A program made the position numbers and the translations under genes. 64,000 nucleotides of DNA from Eledone cirrhosa (Eukaryota), in assembly GCA_964016885.1 (NCBI GenBank), contig OZ024741.1, positions 121,644,001 through 121,708,000 of the forward strand, given 5' to 3'. This document shows positions 25,449 to 39,850 of the stretch, piece by piece (within the stretch, counting starts at the first letter, position 1; each line of letters starts with the position of its first letter). The notes under the pieces were generated by a model. It searched no databases and was not told where the DNA came from. It worked only from the letters and a program-made list of their open reading frames with translations.

Positions 25449-25994
25449 CCGAATTGGTGTGGTAGAGACGGGTACACATGTTGTTGAGTTCCTGGTTGGG
25501 TTGTTATTTCCCATATAGTATTTGATTGTAGGTCTGTCCTATCAGGGCTCACATCATCCAGATATAATATAATATAATATAATTGTTTCTACTTTTGGCA
25601 CAAGGCCAGCAATCACCCAGTGCATTACTGGTACTTTATTTTATCGACCCCGTAAGGATGAAAGGCAAAGTTAACCTTGGCGGGATTTGAACTCAGATCA
25701 TAAAGAGGCGTAACTCTGTGCTGCAAAGCATAGCGTCCGACCCTCTACCGATACTGCAAATCCAACGCCCTATAAAATAATATAATATAATATGATATAA
25801 TAGAGGTCACAGAATGTGTGACGAAAGAACTTTGACAATATATGAACAATCGTCTGGTTGTGGAACCAAACAACCAACCGGAAATTTATAAATTCCTAAA
25901 TTCCTAAATTTAATTTATAATAAATTGAAGTGAAAGCAACTGGTGCTTGTGTTTCTTATTGGCAACATGACCCTCCCAAAGCATAAAAATATTA

Positions 25995-26068
<74 letters not shown>

Positions 26069-26493
26069 AAGTACGTGGCTAGTAGAAGTGTTAGCTATAC
26101 CAGCTAATTCTTCCTCAAAACTAAGATGATATAGTCGAGAAGGAAATCGTAAGATTTGATGCACAGAAATAGAATAGTATTTAATTGTAGGTCTGTCGTA
26201 TCAGGGCTCACATCATCCATATATAATATAATATAATATAATATAATATAATATAATTGTTTCTACTTTAGGCACAAGGCCAGCAAATACCCAGTGCATT
26301 ACTGGTACTTTATTTCATCGACCCTGTAAGGATGAAAGGCAAAGTCAACCTCGGCGGGATTTGAACTCAGATCGTAAAGGGACGTAACTATGCTGGAAAG
26401 CATGGCGTCCGACCCTCTACCGATACTGCCAATCCACCGATAATATAATATGATATAATATATATAAATATACATATATATATATATATATAT

Positions 26494-26891
26494 AAAATAC
26501 GTATTTAAGAAAGCCACAACAATGCAGAGGGAAATCTCGAGGTAGGAAGTGAAAGATAGATAGGAAAAACAGGTGAAAGTGAAAATTGAGAGAGACAAAG
26601 ATGAAAACAAAACAAAGGTAGAAGGGTTACCGTAGTAGAGATTTAATCCCAATATTTCGGGCTCACGCCCATCAACGGGGGAAAGTTCCAAAAGGGGGGG
26701 AACAGGCCAAGCGGAGAAAGTTGTGATGTTGTTAAGACAGGAATGCCGGCATTCCTGTCTTAACGACATCACAACTTTCTCCTATCTATCTTTCACTTCC
26801 TACCTCGAGATTTCCCTCTGCATTGTTGTGGCTTTCTTAAATACGTATTTTACACATTTCACAATGCTTCAAGCAAACTTTAACACCCTCT
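26494..26891. mobile_element. Fold-back element in (TA)n, family F3, with zero-spacer palindrome
   Basis: Outer 72-bp arms at 26494-26565 and 26780-26851; inner 70-bp palindrome at 26713-26782; 40-bp tail; decayed hammerhead at 26647-26682 (-). Confidence 0.85.
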
Positions 26892-26914
26892 TATATATAT
26901 ATATATATATGTTA

Positions 26915-26987
<73 letters not shown>

Positions 26988-27196
26988 AGTGTGCGTACGT
27001 ATGTGTGTGTGTGTAGTTCAAGGAAACGACAAGTCAAGACAAAGGTACTAAAAGTCTTATTAGTTTCGCGCTTTATATGGAAAAGGTGAGAGAAAGTTCA
27101 ACGTGTCGGGCTTTATCCGCTCTTCAGGAGTACAAAAATAGAGACCGGATCACAAAGGATAAATACAGAAAATAAAACTTAGTCCATGTATAGTCC

Positions 27197-27269
<73 letters not shown>

Positions 27270-27355
27270 AAGGGTTTGCAGTGCTTACACAAGCCAAAAC
27301 CGCTTGGCCGCCGCGGACGGAATTTTACATCTCTCTCTAACTCTCTCTCACCCCC

Positions 27356-27395
<40 letters not shown>

Positions 27396-27424
27396 TCATT
27401 TTATTAAAGCTAAAATTGTGTCTT

Positions 27425-27466
27425 GTTACTCTGGAGTTTCGCCTGTTTACCACCGGGTCATCAGAC
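27425..27466 (-). ncRNA. Hammerhead-like motif with damaged stem II
   Basis: GT-CTGATGA-CCCGGT..ACAGGC-GAAA-CTCCAGAG-TA-AC; another decayed motif at 27097-27130 (-). Confidence 0.5.
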
Positions 27467-28503
27467 TTAAGTCTTAATAAAAACGAATATTAAAACTCTA
27501 CTTCCGTATTGAGTTCTCCTTTCTCTCACCCGTCAACCCCATATGGTTATATATATATATATATCCTCATATATATCTCTTTGTGTGCACGTATATATAT
27601 ATAAATGTGTATATACATTTATCCACACACACACACATACACACGCACACACACACACACACATAAATATATATATATATACAGACACGTAGAGCGTTAT
27701 AGCCGAACACGTCACATATAATTAGAACATACCATGATATACAAAAATGAACATGTTAGAATCTGGTATTCCAGCTACGTTAAGAATATTGGTGATAACA
27801 ACATCAACAACAACATCACCACCACCACCACCACCACCACCACTACCACAACCAACAACAATAACAACATCATCATCATCACCAATACCGTTATCACTCC
27901 CCCAACGCTGACCTCTCATTAAAAGGTATCATCACTAAATACGTACAATAGAGTTAATAGTAGTGCAGGTATTAATATATTTAAGGCATTTTATTACTCG
28001 CTTTTGTACCTTTCTACCACAATAGTAGTTACTGCTTTATTTAAGTCTCTCGCCACCAAACCGCCACAAATTGCCCCTACTTCTACGATACTATACTGTT
28101 TATTCTAGAATGTTTATATTTATTTGAAAACATTATATATTAATTTTTTTTCTCGTGTAAGAAACTGTTAGGTTGAATTCAACATGACTGGACTGTTATG
28201 AGTTTTGCTTCAGAATGATTAGGTCCCGGGTTAGGTTCCCTTGCGTAAGATTGGTGATGTGCTGATATAATTCGACTACTTGTAGTACATCTGGACCACA
28301 GGTGATGCAGCTGAGCCCTTGCTGGTTTACGTGGACGTCATTGTGTATCACTACATTTAACTACCAAAGCCGGACCAGATTTAGACTTTATGGCGGTGGG
28401 AGGCTCGCAGTTCAGATTTGGTGGGCCCCTCATATAACAATAGACACACACACATATTTATATATAGTATATAGTATATATATGGATGTATGTTTCTACA
28501 TAA

Positions 28504-28574
<71 letters not shown>

Positions 28575-29140
28575 AAGGGAGAAGAAGGGGACCTGTTCGG
28601 AGATGGGGGTGCTGGAGGGAGGGGGGGGGGGCTCTGTTTGTCGAGGGGAGCACAGGGTAATCGTCTCACCACCACCCAATAGATTTATTTGTAATAACTT
28701 GCCTTGTCAGTGAAATTGGTTAGACGGAAACTTTGGAAACCCACAGGACGAACTGTACATGCAATTCAAAGGGTCAGCCTTGTCACTCACTGTGTCACAT
28801 TGAATCTCCCTCAGAATTACGTTACGGGTACATGTGTCTGTGAAATGTTTAGGTACTTACATTTTAATTTCATGGAATTGACAGAGTTCCATTTCACACC
28901 ATTTAAGTGTGTCTATAAAACAAACCTGTGTGTGTGTGTGTGTGTGTGTGTGCACGTGCGATTGTGGAATGAATGAAATATTTAGTTATTTATTGCTTAA
29001 ATCTTTGAAATTATGCGTATATGTAAAGATATATGTATGCATGTACGTACATGTATGTATGTATGTATGTATGTATGTATGTATGTATGTATGTATGTAT
29101 GTATGTATGTATGTATGTATGTATGTATGTATTTATGTAT

Positions 29141-29395
29141 GTGCCTTTGCTCACTATAAAAGCTTCACGGCACAGGCATTGCTTTATATCTGGAGATCTC
29201 TCTGCACTTGTCGTCACATGGTACCATGGACCCAGCACTATGTGTCAATAATTGTCACAAGTGTAGTGTTTGTACCAGAGTTTTCAAGTCGTTGGCTGGA
29301 CTAAAAAGTCACTCGTTCAGCGCATCGGTAGGAGTTCTGCTACAGGGATATAAAGTAGTGGCCATACTCGAAAACGAGTTGGCAGCCACCACCAT
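29141..29395 (+). mobile_element. Bipartite RTE family A, 5'-truncated, in (TATG)n
   Basis: Matches 158-485. Confidence 0.8.
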
Positions 29396-29502
29396 GTATG
29401 TATTATGTATGTATGTACGTACGTACGTACATGTATGTATGTATGTATGTATGTATGTATGTATGTATGTATGTATGTATGTATGTATGTATGTATGTAT
29501 AT

Positions 29503-30022
29503 GTCAGGTCGCTCGCGAGTGCTACTGGTAACATGTAACCCAGTACAACCTGTCTCATGGTCGGGTCGTCGGCGACTAAACCGGCAACCTCACCAAGCTT
29601 GCTTGGTGAGGAGGGTGATAATTGGAATCCCGCGGGATGAAATACAAGACCCAGCAAAGGGTGAAGGAACTCAACAGAGTCAACGGCCATCCAAATAGCA
29701 CTTTTTTTCACCTGGGAGTGATAGGCCCCCAGTTGTCACAACACCTTTCTAGGAGAGGGAAACTCTGAAAAAAAAACATGCGGCTTCGGAAGCATCCGAT
29801 GATGTTGACCAGTTTTCCTTTTCGGGTAGTGTTTTCGATGCTCAGAGAGTGGGATTGGTCGAGTGCAAGGCCTTTCCCCACTTAAAAAACCTTCAAAGCA
29901 CAGGCATTGCTTGTTCAAGACTTGTTACCGGTTCGTGTGGCTGGCCGTAGCCTAATGGTGCACCATTTTCTGTAATCTGACAAGCGATTGCGATACTCTT
30001 AGCAGAGTTTGCAGCCATCATG
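29503..30022 (+). mobile_element. Bipartite non-autonomous RTE element, family B
   Basis: 5' end shared with the 3625 element; middle shared with the RTE 5' UTR at 62830-63010; ends GAGTTTGCAGCCATCATG; second copy at 36601-36915 (-). Confidence 0.75.
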
Positions 30023-30035
30023 TATATATATATAT

Positions 30036-30112
<77 letters not shown>

Positions 30113-30507
30113 TCTCTCTCTGTCTATCGCCTCTTTTTCGTCTTTTTCCCCCCTCATAACTGTTGATAATAAGTTATGGGTGCACTACGGTTAGATGTAT
30201 TGTCTATAAGTCGCTGAAACATCTGTCATCCGTAGTAGACAACCGATGAAGGGAAAATGTCTATTTCTTGTTTGTGTTCCCTATAGTTTCTACCACTGTC
30301 TATACACGTATGTATGTGTATATATATACATATATGTGTATATGTATGTGTATATATATACATATATATATATATACTTCTATACTTACATATATATATT
30401 ATATATATACTTATATATAAACATATATATATACTTATATATAAACATATATATATATATAGTGTTATCAGTAACCACGCAGTAGCGCAGCCTGGCCCCC
30501 TCTCAAT

Positions 30508-30558
<51 letters not shown>

Positions 30559-30570
30559 TATATATATTTA

Positions 30571-30665
<95 letters not shown>

Positions 30666-30966
30666 GTAGCTCTGTCTATCTCTGTCTTTGTCTCTCTCTC
30701 GACACATAAGGAAAAATGACAAATGTACTCTATATAATTAATTATTCAAATGCATGTTATTTAAATGGCTGGATTGTCCCTTGGACATTTATGAACAAAC
30801 ACACACACATAAACACACACATTCATTGTCACAAACACACATACATACCGATTACATATGGTCACACACAGGCACACATGGTTAGACTCAGACACGCATG
30901 GTGACACACTCCTACGCACGCCATGACACAAATCTATACCTCAACGCCATGACATGCACACACACG

Positions 30967-31005
<39 letters not shown>

Positions 31006-31150
31006 CACACACACACACACACTACACACACACGCGCGCGCGGTCACACATTAATTAAATGTTATCACAAACACCAGTTGCATCAAACGGAAGTTTGCCT
31101 TGACTACCATTTTTTGTTATCCTCTATCAACTATCAACTATATATATATG

Positions 31151-31266
<116 letters not shown>

Positions 31267-31286
31267 TATATACATACATATATATA

Positions 31287-31346
<60 letters not shown>

Positions 31347-31372
31347 TATATATATACACACACATATATATA

Positions 31373-31414
<42 letters not shown>

Positions 31415-31520
31415 AATCAGCATGGATTCATTTTGAAACTGGTTAGACCGTTACTCACTCGATACTTGGGGTATTAGGCTATAGTTTTATTATAATGAGT
31501 CGGGATTCCAACTCTTTATA

Positions 31521-31570
<50 letters not shown>

Positions 31571-31572
<2 letters not shown>

Positions 31573-32095
31573 AAAGAGTCAGAACCCCGACGGCAGAGCT
31601 CAAGCCATTTCGACAGCTATTTCTAGAAGGTTTTGTCCGAATGCACAAGAATGTCGTTGGTGCTTTTATACTCCGTTATTTTGCTACGGAGTTGTTGTAG
31701 GAATCAGTTGTGTCTGGGTTTGAATTTTATACCCTTTACCAGGTGGAAGAGGTCGTCCTCAAATGGTGAGAGCAGAGGGTTCAGTGGGGGAGATTTGTAG
31801 GTTTTGAATCTGAATCTCTCCTTGGTGTCGAAGTACTGGTTTGTCGCGGTAGCTATCGTAGAAAAATGTTCTCCATCTCAATCTTTTCGCGAACAGGTCG
31901 ATTTTTTGCGTGAGCATCCGTAGGTAAAGTTTTCTCGGTGGAACTGGGATGTTCTTGTTGTCCAGAAATAGCCGTCGAAACGGCTTGAGCTCTGCCGTCG
32001 GGGTCCTGACTCTTTCCCTATTACCCACTCTACTACCCAAAGTATCGAGTACTCTGGTGCTTTATGGTCCACCTGGTTCCTTACCACCCTTCCTT

Positions 32096-32099
<4 letters not shown>
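31571..32099 (-). mobile_element. Fold-back family F2 enclosing a Naiad ORF N-terminal fragment
   Basis: Arms at 31571-31624 and 31964-32017; the interior on minus encodes KNIPVPPRKLYLRMLTQKIDLFAKRLRWRTFFY..FKTYKSPP..FEDDLFHLVKGIKF..SDKT, typical of Naiad N-termini. Confidence 0.8.
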
Positions 32100-32146
<47 letters not shown>

Positions 32147-32329
32147 TATATATAGATATATAGATAGATAGATAGATTTTGAGTATATGCTAGTTGTATA
32201 CCAACACCTCAAGATATGATTCCAGTTCCTCAGTGAAATAACAACCCAACCAGGAACTGGGCATATCAGAGTATTGACAAATTATACACCCCAACAACAT
32301 ATGTACTTGTCTATACCATACTAATTCGG

Positions 32330-32384
32330 ACTGCCTGAAGAGGTCACAGCCAAAGATGGCTGTCACCGAAATATATATAGCAGT
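32330..32384 (+). ncRNA. Type I hammerhead ribozyme, family H3
   Basis: ACTGC-CTGAAGA-GGTCACAGCCA AAGA TGGCTGTCACC-GAAA-TATATA-TA-GCAGT then AATAAA; stem I perfect, 11-bp stem II with one mismatch. Confidence 0.85.
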
Positions 32385-32593
32385 AATAAACGAAGCTAAA
32401 TTTTAAACATTTAACTTTTTATTTTACTTTATTTTATATATATATATATATATATACACATGAGGAGTAGATCGATACTGGAGTCAGGTTTATCACTTCG
32501 ACATAGACATGGAGCCAATCATCTGTGAAACATGTAACATGATATGAATATTAAAGTGAAACTTCGTTATCTCATACATTCATACATTAATAC

Positions 32594-32659
<66 letters not shown>

Positions 32660-33165
32660 GGTATGCAAAAGTCAAACAGAAATAACAAAGCAAACGACAC
32701 GGTTCAATAAAGAAATATGTTACTTACTTAACGTTTCAGACGCTAGTCCTTTATCATAATATGTATAACTGCCACTTCTTTACACACGACGGGCATCTCT
32801 TTAACAAATCCCCTGCTATTATGAGCCACCGCCAACTGTAGGCTGCTGGCAAGTTATGATAACTGATCAGGCTTTTTTTTAGGTCACCTCAAACAGAGAT
32901 GTTGCTTACGGAGACATATCCGTGTCTAGGAGGTTTATCCGGGATTTCTTGGAGGAATTTGTCCAAATATATATATATATAAAGGATGAAGATCCCATAA
33001 CTCCTTGTGGAGTCGTAGAGGCACCTTCAAACGGCACTTTTAAACCTGCCCGATTTTCTCTATAGAGGAAGAATCGACGCAGTACTGGACTGGATGAAAG
33101 GCTGAAAGGCAAAGATGACTCCGGGGATTTGAACTTAGATCGCACAATGTAGTGGGATGAATTTG

Positions 33166-33201
<36 letters not shown>

Positions 33202-33205
<4 letters not shown>

Positions 33206-33990
33206 ACTAATCATTTGGTCATTTAATACCTCCAAGCAATCTAGAAAAATTGTAGTTGTCATCCAGGCCTTTTTACTGAATGCGTATTCTACGTTCATGG
33301 TGTCGAAATTAAGGTCCTTGAAACCCCGTGGGCACTTGTACTTTCCTATAATCAGGTTTTAGTTTTTCACACAACATGCTAGTGCAGTACAGAATGGTGA
33401 ATCTTTCTTTGGAAAACTTTCCGCTTGCCTTTTCCTCATCGCTGAGAATTAGTGTTCTGGTTGGGGAACACTTAAAAAACAGGCCCGTTTCATCACAGTT
33501 GAACACGTCTTCTGGCCGGTACTTTTTGTAAATTTCTTCGAATTCGTTCCAAGTTTCTCTCAAAATGGTGGGGTCCACCAATTCTTCCTCTCCAGATATC
33601 AAACCGTATTTTGATTTGAAGCGTGTGATCCACGTAGAAGAAGCCTAGAAATCGTGTACACCCAATTTTTTTTAATTTTAATCGCCATTATTGCCAAAAG
33701 GTCATTGTGTGATTTGCCTTTTTCTTTTCTTTTGAACCCACTCATATACAATTTTGTAGACATCGTCGTTTTTTTTGCTCTTGAGAATGTTTTTTCGAGC
33801 ATTCGATTCATCGTTTTGGGGTCAAATATTTTTCTTTGTTTTTCATAATTGTGTTTATGGTCCCCTTTGGCATGCCAAATTTTGTTGCAAGTTGGTCCTG
33901 GGTAACACTGGGATTTGCCAATTTGTAATCAATGACCTTCTTTTTTTCTGATCAATAGTAAACGTCTTTCGCTTTTTTTTTTATGTTACT
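33202..33990 (-). pseudogene. Tigger/pogo (CENP-B/TIGD-like) transposase relic
   Basis: HTH relic RKTFTIDQK..LATKFGMPKGTINTI; DDE part ISGE..VFNCDETGLFFK..G.K.SKERFTI..KAWMT; frameshifts. Confidence 0.88.
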
Positions 33991-34310
33991 TGCTCTTGGG
34001 TACATGGTGTAATATTGTTTTGGGTTAGGAAACATGACAAGTAACACACAAGTTAAATATACGTCCAGCCATGTTTAGCTACTTTATTAAAACTCTCTAG
34101 AACGCTCAAATAGCTCCCGCTGTGAGCGACCAGACAAGGGCAGGTAACTATGGTTCAAACCACGACACATGGGTATGTTTATTGCAATTTTTGTCAAAAA
34201 AACGTGGTCATTAAAAAAATAGTCATTAACTCCGATCGCCTAGAATTAAATGGCTGGAAATCCGATTTATCGGTCATTAAATAAAAAAGTCATTAAATAA
34301 AAAAAAAAGA

Positions 34311-34368
<58 letters not shown>

Positions 34369-34394
34369 GTATATACATATACATATATATAAAT

Positions 34395-34636
<242 letters not shown>

Positions 34637-34802
34637 GTATGTGTATGTACATATTATGTACACATACAAATTTGAATATGCACATATATTAAATACATGT
34701 ATACATATGTGTACGCACAACACTACGCATATGTGTATATATATATGTATATATATATATATATTCATATAAGTTCCTGGTTCATTATACACTACACACA
34801 CA

Positions 34803-34874
<72 letters not shown>

Positions 34875-35193
34875 TATATTTATATAAGTCTTCGGTCATT
34901 ATATTGAAAGGAGGTAGAAAGTCTAACACAGTCACCGACACAGTCATTAATTATACATGAGTGCGTGTATACACTTGCTGCTATTTCAAGCAACAACAAG
35001 GAGTCAGTTTCAATCTTATATATACGCATGTGTGCTTACCTGCTCATACATAAAAATAACCCCCCCCCCCCCCCCCCCCACACACACACACATGGGTGTA
35101 TGAGCTGTTTGAGATGGGGTGAATAGTGGATTTGCTTTCTCGCAATCGAACATTTATAGAGATAAAAACGCAAATAACAATGTTTTTATTAAT

Positions 35194-35275
35194 CGACGGT
35201 ACACAACACAAAAACGACGGTACACAACACAAAAACGACGGTACACAACACAAAAACGACGGTACACAACACACA
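35194..35275 (+). repeat. 21-bp minisatellite x4 (CGACGGTACACAACACAAAAA), followed by degenerate longer repeats to about 35690
   Basis: Direct reading. Confidence 0.9.
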
Positions 35276-36111
35276 AATTTTCGACACATTGTCAGTGTTG
35301 AGTAACTGGGTGTTTCGTGTCTTACAACATAAACCGTCATCTAAATGAACCAACTAGGTGTGGAAAAAAACTTTAACATATCATCACTGTTGTAACCTGG
35401 TGTCACTTGGTGTTTTTGGACAAGTGAACCAACTACAGAAGTAAAACCCTGGGTACATCATCAATGTTGTATCTTGGAGTTATTGTGTTTCAGTGTCTTA
35501 CAACATAGACCTTCATCCAAGTGATGGAAGACACACCATCACTCGATGTTTCGGGTCTTACAACATGCACCCTCATTCAGGGAACCGATTGTGCATGTAA
35601 AACTATGGAAACACCATTAGTGTTGTATCTTGGAGTCACTCGATATTTCCATCCAGGTGATCCAACCGTAATTAATCAGTCTGTGTCTAAGTGGCATACA
35701 TACTGCTGAATACCCTGGTCACTTTCCTTCAGCCATAGCCATCTAGATCTCCTTTCTGCTACTTCCACGTTGTTCCCGATGGCTTTCCTCTTGCTTGCTC
35801 CCAGTGCTCTGCAGACTTTGCAAACAGAACATGCATTTTAAAAGAAATGTTAACTTCTGCCTTTATTAACTACAAAGATGACAATTACTTTGTCAAAGTT
35901 TTGCTAAGAGACATGTTGGCTAAGATAATTTAATCTAGTATTGCTAATCTACTTCCCTCATCTGGCACTTTACTCTTCTCTCCCCTCTTTTCTAGGCTCT
36001 TAACTCATGATGAATCGTTGGTGTGCCGTCATGACACAGGACATTTCATGGACATTTTGAACATTGGCGGTGTCCGTCTCACTGCAGCTCAGAACACAAG
36101 CGATTTCTTCC

Positions 36112-36216
<105 letters not shown>

Positions 36217-37424
36217 ACACACACACATACATATACACACACATATATACATATGCGTGTATTTGCGTGTGTGTATATATGAGTGTGGCAGGCGGTGAAT
36301 TGGCAGAATCATTAGAACGTCAGATAGAATAGTTTCAAGTATTTATTCCAGCTCTCTGCTGCTTGAGTTCAAATTCTGCCAAGATCAACTTTACTTTTCA
36401 TCCTTTCGAGGTCGATAAAAAGGTACGAGTCTAGTACTGGTTCGATTCTTACCCTATATCTCTTTCTTACTTTCTCTCTATCACGCTCTCTGAACGAAAT
36501 CGGTTGTGTTCAGAAATAGGGAGAGGAATATGCCCAAGAAACGCCGTTAGTCAATGCGGCCCCTCTCAGGAGTTAGGAGTACACACATACATACATACAT
36601 GATGGCTGCAAACTCTGCTAAGTGTATTGCAATCGTTTGTCAGATTATAGAGTTTGGTGCACTTTTAGGCTACGGCCAGCCACATGAAAGTGTAACAGAT
36701 CCTGAATAAGCAATGCCTGGGCTTTGAATGTTTTTTAAGTGGGGAAAGGCCTTGAACTCGACCAATCCCACTCTCTGAGCATCGAAAACACTACCCGAAA
36801 AGGAGAACTGGTCAACATAATCGGATTCTTCCGAAGCCGCAGGATTTTTTTTCAGAGTTTCCCTTTCTTAGAAAGGTGTTGTGACAACAACTGGGGCCTT
36901 TCACTCCCAGGTGAAAAAAAAAAAAAAAGATACATACATACATACATGTGTGTGTGCGATCGCGATTGCATGATATGATTTGATATATAATATTTGACAT
37001 ATAATATGATATATGAAGGAAAGAATTTTAATTAGAAAATATGAGAATATAGTGTCAAACTGTTTAGCGCTGTTGTTAATCCATTGTTCTCGTGTATCTT
37101 ATATAAAGACACCGATGTTTCCTACTGCTCATACTGGTACAACGTATTCATATAACATTTCTTTATTCTTTCAAATGTTCCTATTTACGAACACAATTTC
37201 TAATTACTATTCTAGCTATACAATTTAATACACTTACTCTAATCTTTTTTATGTATGTATGTATGTATGTATGTATGTATGTATGTATGTATGTATGTAT
37301 GTATGTATGTATGTATGTATGTATGTATGTATGTATGCATGTATGCATGTATGTATGTATGTATGTATGTATGTATGTATGTATGTATGTTATCTCTTTC
37401 TCTTAATTTCGAGTATTTTTTTTG

Positions 37425-37715
37425 ACCGGCCACCTTTCTGGTGGCAAGGTTGTAAAAGAAAAGAAATTGTCATCCCTTGAATCGCAAGAATGTTTTGCAA
37501 ATTTTGAAGGTGCCAGCTATCGCAGCCATTTGTAGACTATGAATTAGGGAGCTGCGCTCTTTGTCCGCAAATCCAAGTTCAGTCATACTTTGGTCCAAGC
37601 GGGTTGGTATATAACCCGTAGCACCAATAATGATGTGTATGAAGCTAAAGGTGTATCTTGGATACTGGATTTGCAAACTCCTCATCAATGGTCCGTAGAT
37701 GTCCTCCTTCTCCTG
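37425..37715 (-). pseudogene. R4/Dong 3' end (RLE C-terminus plus 3' UTR hairpin)
   Basis: YPRYTFSFIHIIIGATGY..GTFKICKTFL-stop; similar ends at 38398-38750, 39390-39850 and 61905-62520. Confidence 0.8.
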
Positions 37716-37751
37716 TATGTATGTATGTATGTATGTATGTATGTATGTATG

Positions 37752-37778
<27 letters not shown>

Positions 37779-37785
<7 letters not shown>

Positions 37786-38073
37786 TCATCTTAGTTAAGA
37801 GAGTGGGACTGGCTTTGTGCAGTGCCTTTGCTCACTATAAAAGCTTCACGGCACAGGCATTGCTTTATATCTGGAGATCTCTCTGCAATTGTCATCACAT
37901 GGTACCATGGACCCAGAACTATGTGTCAATAATTGTCACAAGTGTAGTGTTTGTACCAGAGTTTTCGAGTCGCTGGCTGGACTAAAAAGTCACACTCGTT
38001 CAGCGCATCGGTAGGGTTCTCCTACATGGATATAAAGTAGTGGCCGTACTCGAAAACGAGTTGGCAGCCACCA
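37779..38073 (+). mobile_element. Bipartite RTE family A, 5'-truncated, in (TATG)n
   Basis: Matches 158-485. Confidence 0.8.
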
Positions 38074-38397
38074 TGTATGTATGTATGTGTTTCTGTATGC
38101 ATATGTTTGTGTATGTATGCATGTATGTGTTTGTGTGTGTCTATGTATGTACGTTATTTTGGTTTCATTATTTTATAAATTTTCACCACTAGAGGGGGCC
38201 GGTTTCTAACATAGACACAGATATTTTTTATTAGAATGTAGACAACATCAACTAGGTAAATATGAATGTATGTCAGCATGCGTATGCGCGCGTCTGTGTG
38301 CAGGTATGGATGTTATTGTATGTGTGGATGTGGATGTTTTGAGTTGTTTGTGTGCACGTGCCTATGTTTTGTATCTGTACATGTGTATATGCAGTTA

Positions 38398-39850
38398 TTA
38401 GATGCAGAATTTTGGGAATGTTTTACATATTTTTACAGTTCCATTAATGGATTGTATTTGTAATTTCCTAATTAGTCGTGTTCTTTCTGTTTCTGTGAAG
38501 CCCAGCTCCTCAAGATCTGTACTGAGGCATTTATTAACATAACCAAGAGCTCCAATGATCACAGGTATAAATCTGAAGGTATAGTCAGGGTGGAGTCTAT
38601 ACAAATTCCTCATTAATTCTGCGTAGATATTCTCCTTTTCGCTAATCTATAATATCATATTGGCATCTGCTGGGCAGCTGACTTCCACTACTGTGTATGC
38701 CTTCTTTTCCTCGTCCCATATCACTTTATCTCGTCTATTACGATGTATTTTTTGATTGTATGTATATGTCTTCCACAATGCTGTAACTTTTAACATGTTT
38801 ATTGTCGGGGCTTGCTGTTAGGACAGATGCAGCAAACACATTGTGAGCCATTTTTTTTTATATGGAGTAGAGATTTCAGATGACCATATCTATCTTAATC
38901 GGGTGTAATATTCTATGGTTACGCGTTTCTCCTTATAAATACCATTATAGGATATATTCTAATCTATCCCTAGGTATATGTAGCAGTCCTCGTTATATAT
39001 CTGTGAAACAGTTAGGCCATTGATAAAAATGTTGTTGGATTGACTTGTAGTTTTCCCTCGCTTTACAATCATACACGAACATTTATCCTGGCTAAACACC
39101 ATTCCAATATCTTTCGAGAACGTCGCAATCAGGTCAAAGTTCGTCATCTCATTTTTATCTTCTTCGCATAGAGCTTCAGGTCATCCACAAAGAAGATATG
39201 GGTTAGGTTTATATTCTTGTCCTTTCGTAAGCCAATTATGTATCCTTCACATTTCTTGAGCAAAAAGGACAAGGTAATGACAGAATAAATAGTAACACAA
39301 AGAGACTATCTCCTGCGATATTCTATTTTATCAGTGAAAGTAGAATCCCCCTTCTCTACATTTAACTTTAGCATAGTAGACCAAGAAGATCGGCTGCCTT
39401 CCCGGTGGCAAGCTTGTAAAGAAAATCATCTTTTTGTCATTCCTTGTACAATCAAATTCTTCAAATTTAAGAAGATCGTAAGATTTTGAAGGTTCCAGAT
39501 GTGGCCATTGCCTATGAATTAAGAAGTTGCACTCCCCGAGAATCCAAGTTCAGTAGTACGTTGGTTCAGGTGAGTTGGTATCTCAAATAATAATAATAGG
39601 TTTGAAATTAAAGTGTTTCTTGGGTACTGGATTTGTAAACTCATTAATGGTCAGTAGATATCTTCCTCCTCTTGCGTTTTTCTTACTACATTAACACCGA
39701 GTGGACGGCTGGTTTCTACAACAGAGTATGTTTTCAATCTGTGGTCCCAAACAACAGTATCAGGCCGATTGTGATATATTTTGTTGGCGATTTACATATT
39801 TAGATTCAACCAATATTCTTTTGAGCTTCAATAGTCTCCATATGTTCATC
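38398..39850 (-). pseudogene. Cluster of R4/Dong RT and RLE fragments
   Basis: THIFFVDDLKL, FSKDIGMVF..DKC, YLGID, FIPVIIGALGY, NRPD motifs in broken frames. Confidence 0.8.
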
